This document shows positions 62,573 to 64,000 of a stretch of 64,000 nt of DNA, piece after piece. The notes beneath the pieces were generated by a model. That model was given only the letters and a program-made list of their open reading frames with translations, searched no databases and was not told the DNA's origin. The position numbers and the translations under genes are program-made. Location of the stretch: positions 65,172-129,171 of the forward strand of contig JAXDBQ010000039.1 of NCBI GenBank assembly GCA_034678605.1, read 5' to 3'. The stretch's first letter is position 1, and each line of letters begins with the position of its first letter. Source of the stretch: Patescibacteria group bacterium (GTDB lineage Bacteria; Patescibacteriota; Minisyncoccia; Minisyncoccales; UBA5738).

Positions 62573-62914
62573 ATGAAAAAATCGCAAAAAATTTGGCTGG
62601 CAATTTCCCTGTCAATGTTCTTGCTTCCGGAATTGTTATGGAGTTCAATTGGAAATTTTTATTATGAATTTTTTCAAAGCGGCGATGTTCATCCATTTAG
62701 AAATAATTTTCTAACAAATAGCGAAAATTTTGGCACATTGAAATTTATATTTTTTGTTCAATTTGTTGGCGCGATTTTGTTTTTGTTGCTTGTTCTTTTC
62801 AAAAAAATAAATAAATTAATGAAGGTATTTTTATTATTTTTTTCATTACTACTGATTTTGATTATTGGTTTTGTGGTTTTGTTCGCTTTTTATAATAACC
62901 CGCGTATCGGTTAA
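62573..62914 (+). CDS. small integral membrane protein
   Basis: 113 aa with 3 hydrophobic helices, AT-rich coding sequence and no known motif. Confidence 0.4.
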   Translation: MKKSQKIWLAISLSMFLLPELLWSSIGNFYYEFFQSGDVHPFRNNFLTNSENFGTLKFIFFVQFVGAILFLLLVLFKKINKLMKVFLLFFSLLLILIIGFVVLFAFYNNPRIG

Positions 62915-62919
62915 AAAAT

Positions 62920-64000
62920 ATGCGAAAAATAAATTGGCGATTTTTATTATCTTTGGCGACGGCAATTGGCTTGGCGGCGGGATCTTTTGCCTTTGAAAAC
63001 CAAGGATTAAAAATCGAAAACGCCGATGAATTGGCCGACTACGATTTGCAAATTCCGCTCGATGACATGCTTGATGCCGGCGAGGCCAGTGAGAAATTTT
63101 CCAACGATATGGCGATTTGCCATGCCGACGAAGTGAATACCATTGAATTGGAAGCGCCTTTGGCTGATATGTTTGACGCTTCCGAAGCGATCGAGAACTT
63201 TTCCAACGATATGGCAATTTGCCATGCTGACGAGGTGATCACGATTGATCTGGAGCCGGTGGAAATTCCCGAGGCCACGGCCGGAGTTTTATCCAAAACG
63301 CCGGTTTTGTTTGTGCCGGGGTTATTGAGTACGGAAATAAATGAAAAAAGTGATTTATTGTGGTTAGATTTAGAAAAATTGTTTTGGTCGAAAACAGATG
63401 ATTTTCTTGATGGGCTTGTGTTTGATTCTGATTTAGTGTCCAGAAATAATCAATTATCGTTGGCAAGTGTCATTACCAAAAAGGTGGTGCCTTTTTGGCA
63501 AGATTATGATTATACCGAGGGGTTGATCAAGGAGTTTGAGATGGCCGGGTATCGCGCGGAGGGGGCGGGCGGGGAACAAACATTTTTTACTTTTCTTTAT
63601 GACTGGCGCTATGGGGCCAGCGGGGCCTATCCGGTGCCGGAAAACACCGGCCAGCGGCCCATTACCAATGTTGATTTGTTGGCGAACAAAATCGCCGAGC
63701 TGGCGCAAATTTCGCCCACGGGCAAGGTGGATGTGATTGCCCACAGCTTGGGCGGGTTGATCGCCAAAAAATACGCGCTGGAAACCGGCCAGCCATTGAT
63801 CGGCAAATTGGTGTTTTTGGGGGTGCCCAATTTGGGCACGCCGCTGGCCGGCCGGGCGCTGTTGCTGGGCACCGATTTTGGGGTGTTTGGCCTCAACCCG
63901 TTGGAATTAAAAAAGATTTCTCAAAATATGCCGGCGGCCTATGATCTTTTGCCCAGCCGGGAATATTTTGAATCAAAGAGCGGCTGGATCAACATCTACA
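62920..64000 (+). CDS. secreted alpha/beta-hydrolase, lipase/LCAT/PGAP1-like (partial, continues past window end)
   Basis: This ORF is absent from the supplied track because it has no stop in the window. It was hand-translated without stops. It has a signal peptide, a 2x34-aa repeat, PVLFVPG, and the nucleophile elbow IAHSLGG. Confidence 0.7.
   Translation, partial: MRKINWRFLLSLATAIGLAAGSFAFENQGLKIENADELADYDLQIPLDDMLDAGEASEKFSNDMAICHADEVNTIELEAPLADMFDASEAIENFSNDMAICHADEVITIDLEPVEIPEATAGVLSKTPVLFVPGLLSTEINEKSDLLWLDLEKLFWSKTDDFLDGLVFDSDLVSRNNQLSLASVITKKVVPFWQDYDYTEGLIKEFEMAGYRAEGAGGEQTFFTFLYDWRYGASGAYPVPENTGQRPITNVDLLANKIAELAQISPTGKVDVIAHSLGGLIAKKYALETGQPLIGKLVFLGVPNLGTPLAGRALLLGTDFGVFGLNPLELKKISQNMPAAYDLLPSREYFESKSGWINIY

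Noticed and set aside
1-64000. A diversity-generating retroelement or retron, both of which are common in CPR genomes.
   Set aside because: No reverse-transcriptase-like ORF (YxDD motif) appears in any frame of the ORF track, and I noticed no template/variable repeat pair with A-specific mismatches.

Overview
This 64-kb chromosomal window looks like a small-genome CPR/Patescibacteria-type (Parcubacteria-like) bacterium. That placement is inferred from gene content: a streamlined housekeeping set, ComEC/DprA, NrdD/NrdG, an ECF sigma plus anti-sigma-like plus large PG-binding surface protein, a LAGLIDADG endonuclease and many short orphan membrane proteins. The genetic code is standard (code 11), because TAA, TAG and TGA each close well-conserved genes. 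Backbone genes are leuS (3' end), glmS, iorA/iorB, murA, yvcK/cofD-like, glmU-like, a BadF-type sugar kinase, tsaD, tRNA-Leu(CAA), topA, dprA, pth, lepB, hisS, HIT, rpsU, yqeY, ybeY, ftsA, ftsZ, nrdD ... nrdG, comEC, a GT28-like glycosyltransferase, a DMT transporter, a glycoside hydrolase, htrA, clpB, the sigma operon, and a lipase-like gene that runs off the right edge. Accessory and mobile content is a type II R-M pair, two HicB genes (one with a frameshifted HicA), AbiEi/AbiEii, one rve-type IS, a LAGLIDADG homing endonuclease behind tRNA-Leu, a RAYT (IS200-like Y1 transposase) with its own REP hairpins, and several dispersed palindromic repeat families. No rRNA gene, CRISPR array or reverse transcriptase was seen. 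Four observations stand out. (1) Three paralogous two-gene cassettes (41.4-42.3 kb, 43.8-45.2 kb, 54.5-55.7 kb) each have a shared promoter block, a locus-specific acidic/membrane protein and a conserved ~123-aa helical protein. The promoter spacer ends in a G7, G8 or G9 homopolymer, giving 16, 17 or 18 nt between TTGACA and the -10 box, so this is a candidate phase-variable contingency family. (2) Palindromic elements sit in frame inside tsaD and inside the RAYT gene. (3) tRNA-Leu is followed by the homing endonuclease and then a second copy of the tRNA 3' third carrying compensatory stem changes. (4) nrdD and nrdG are split by a 3.7-kb island with two orphan proteins plus AbiE.
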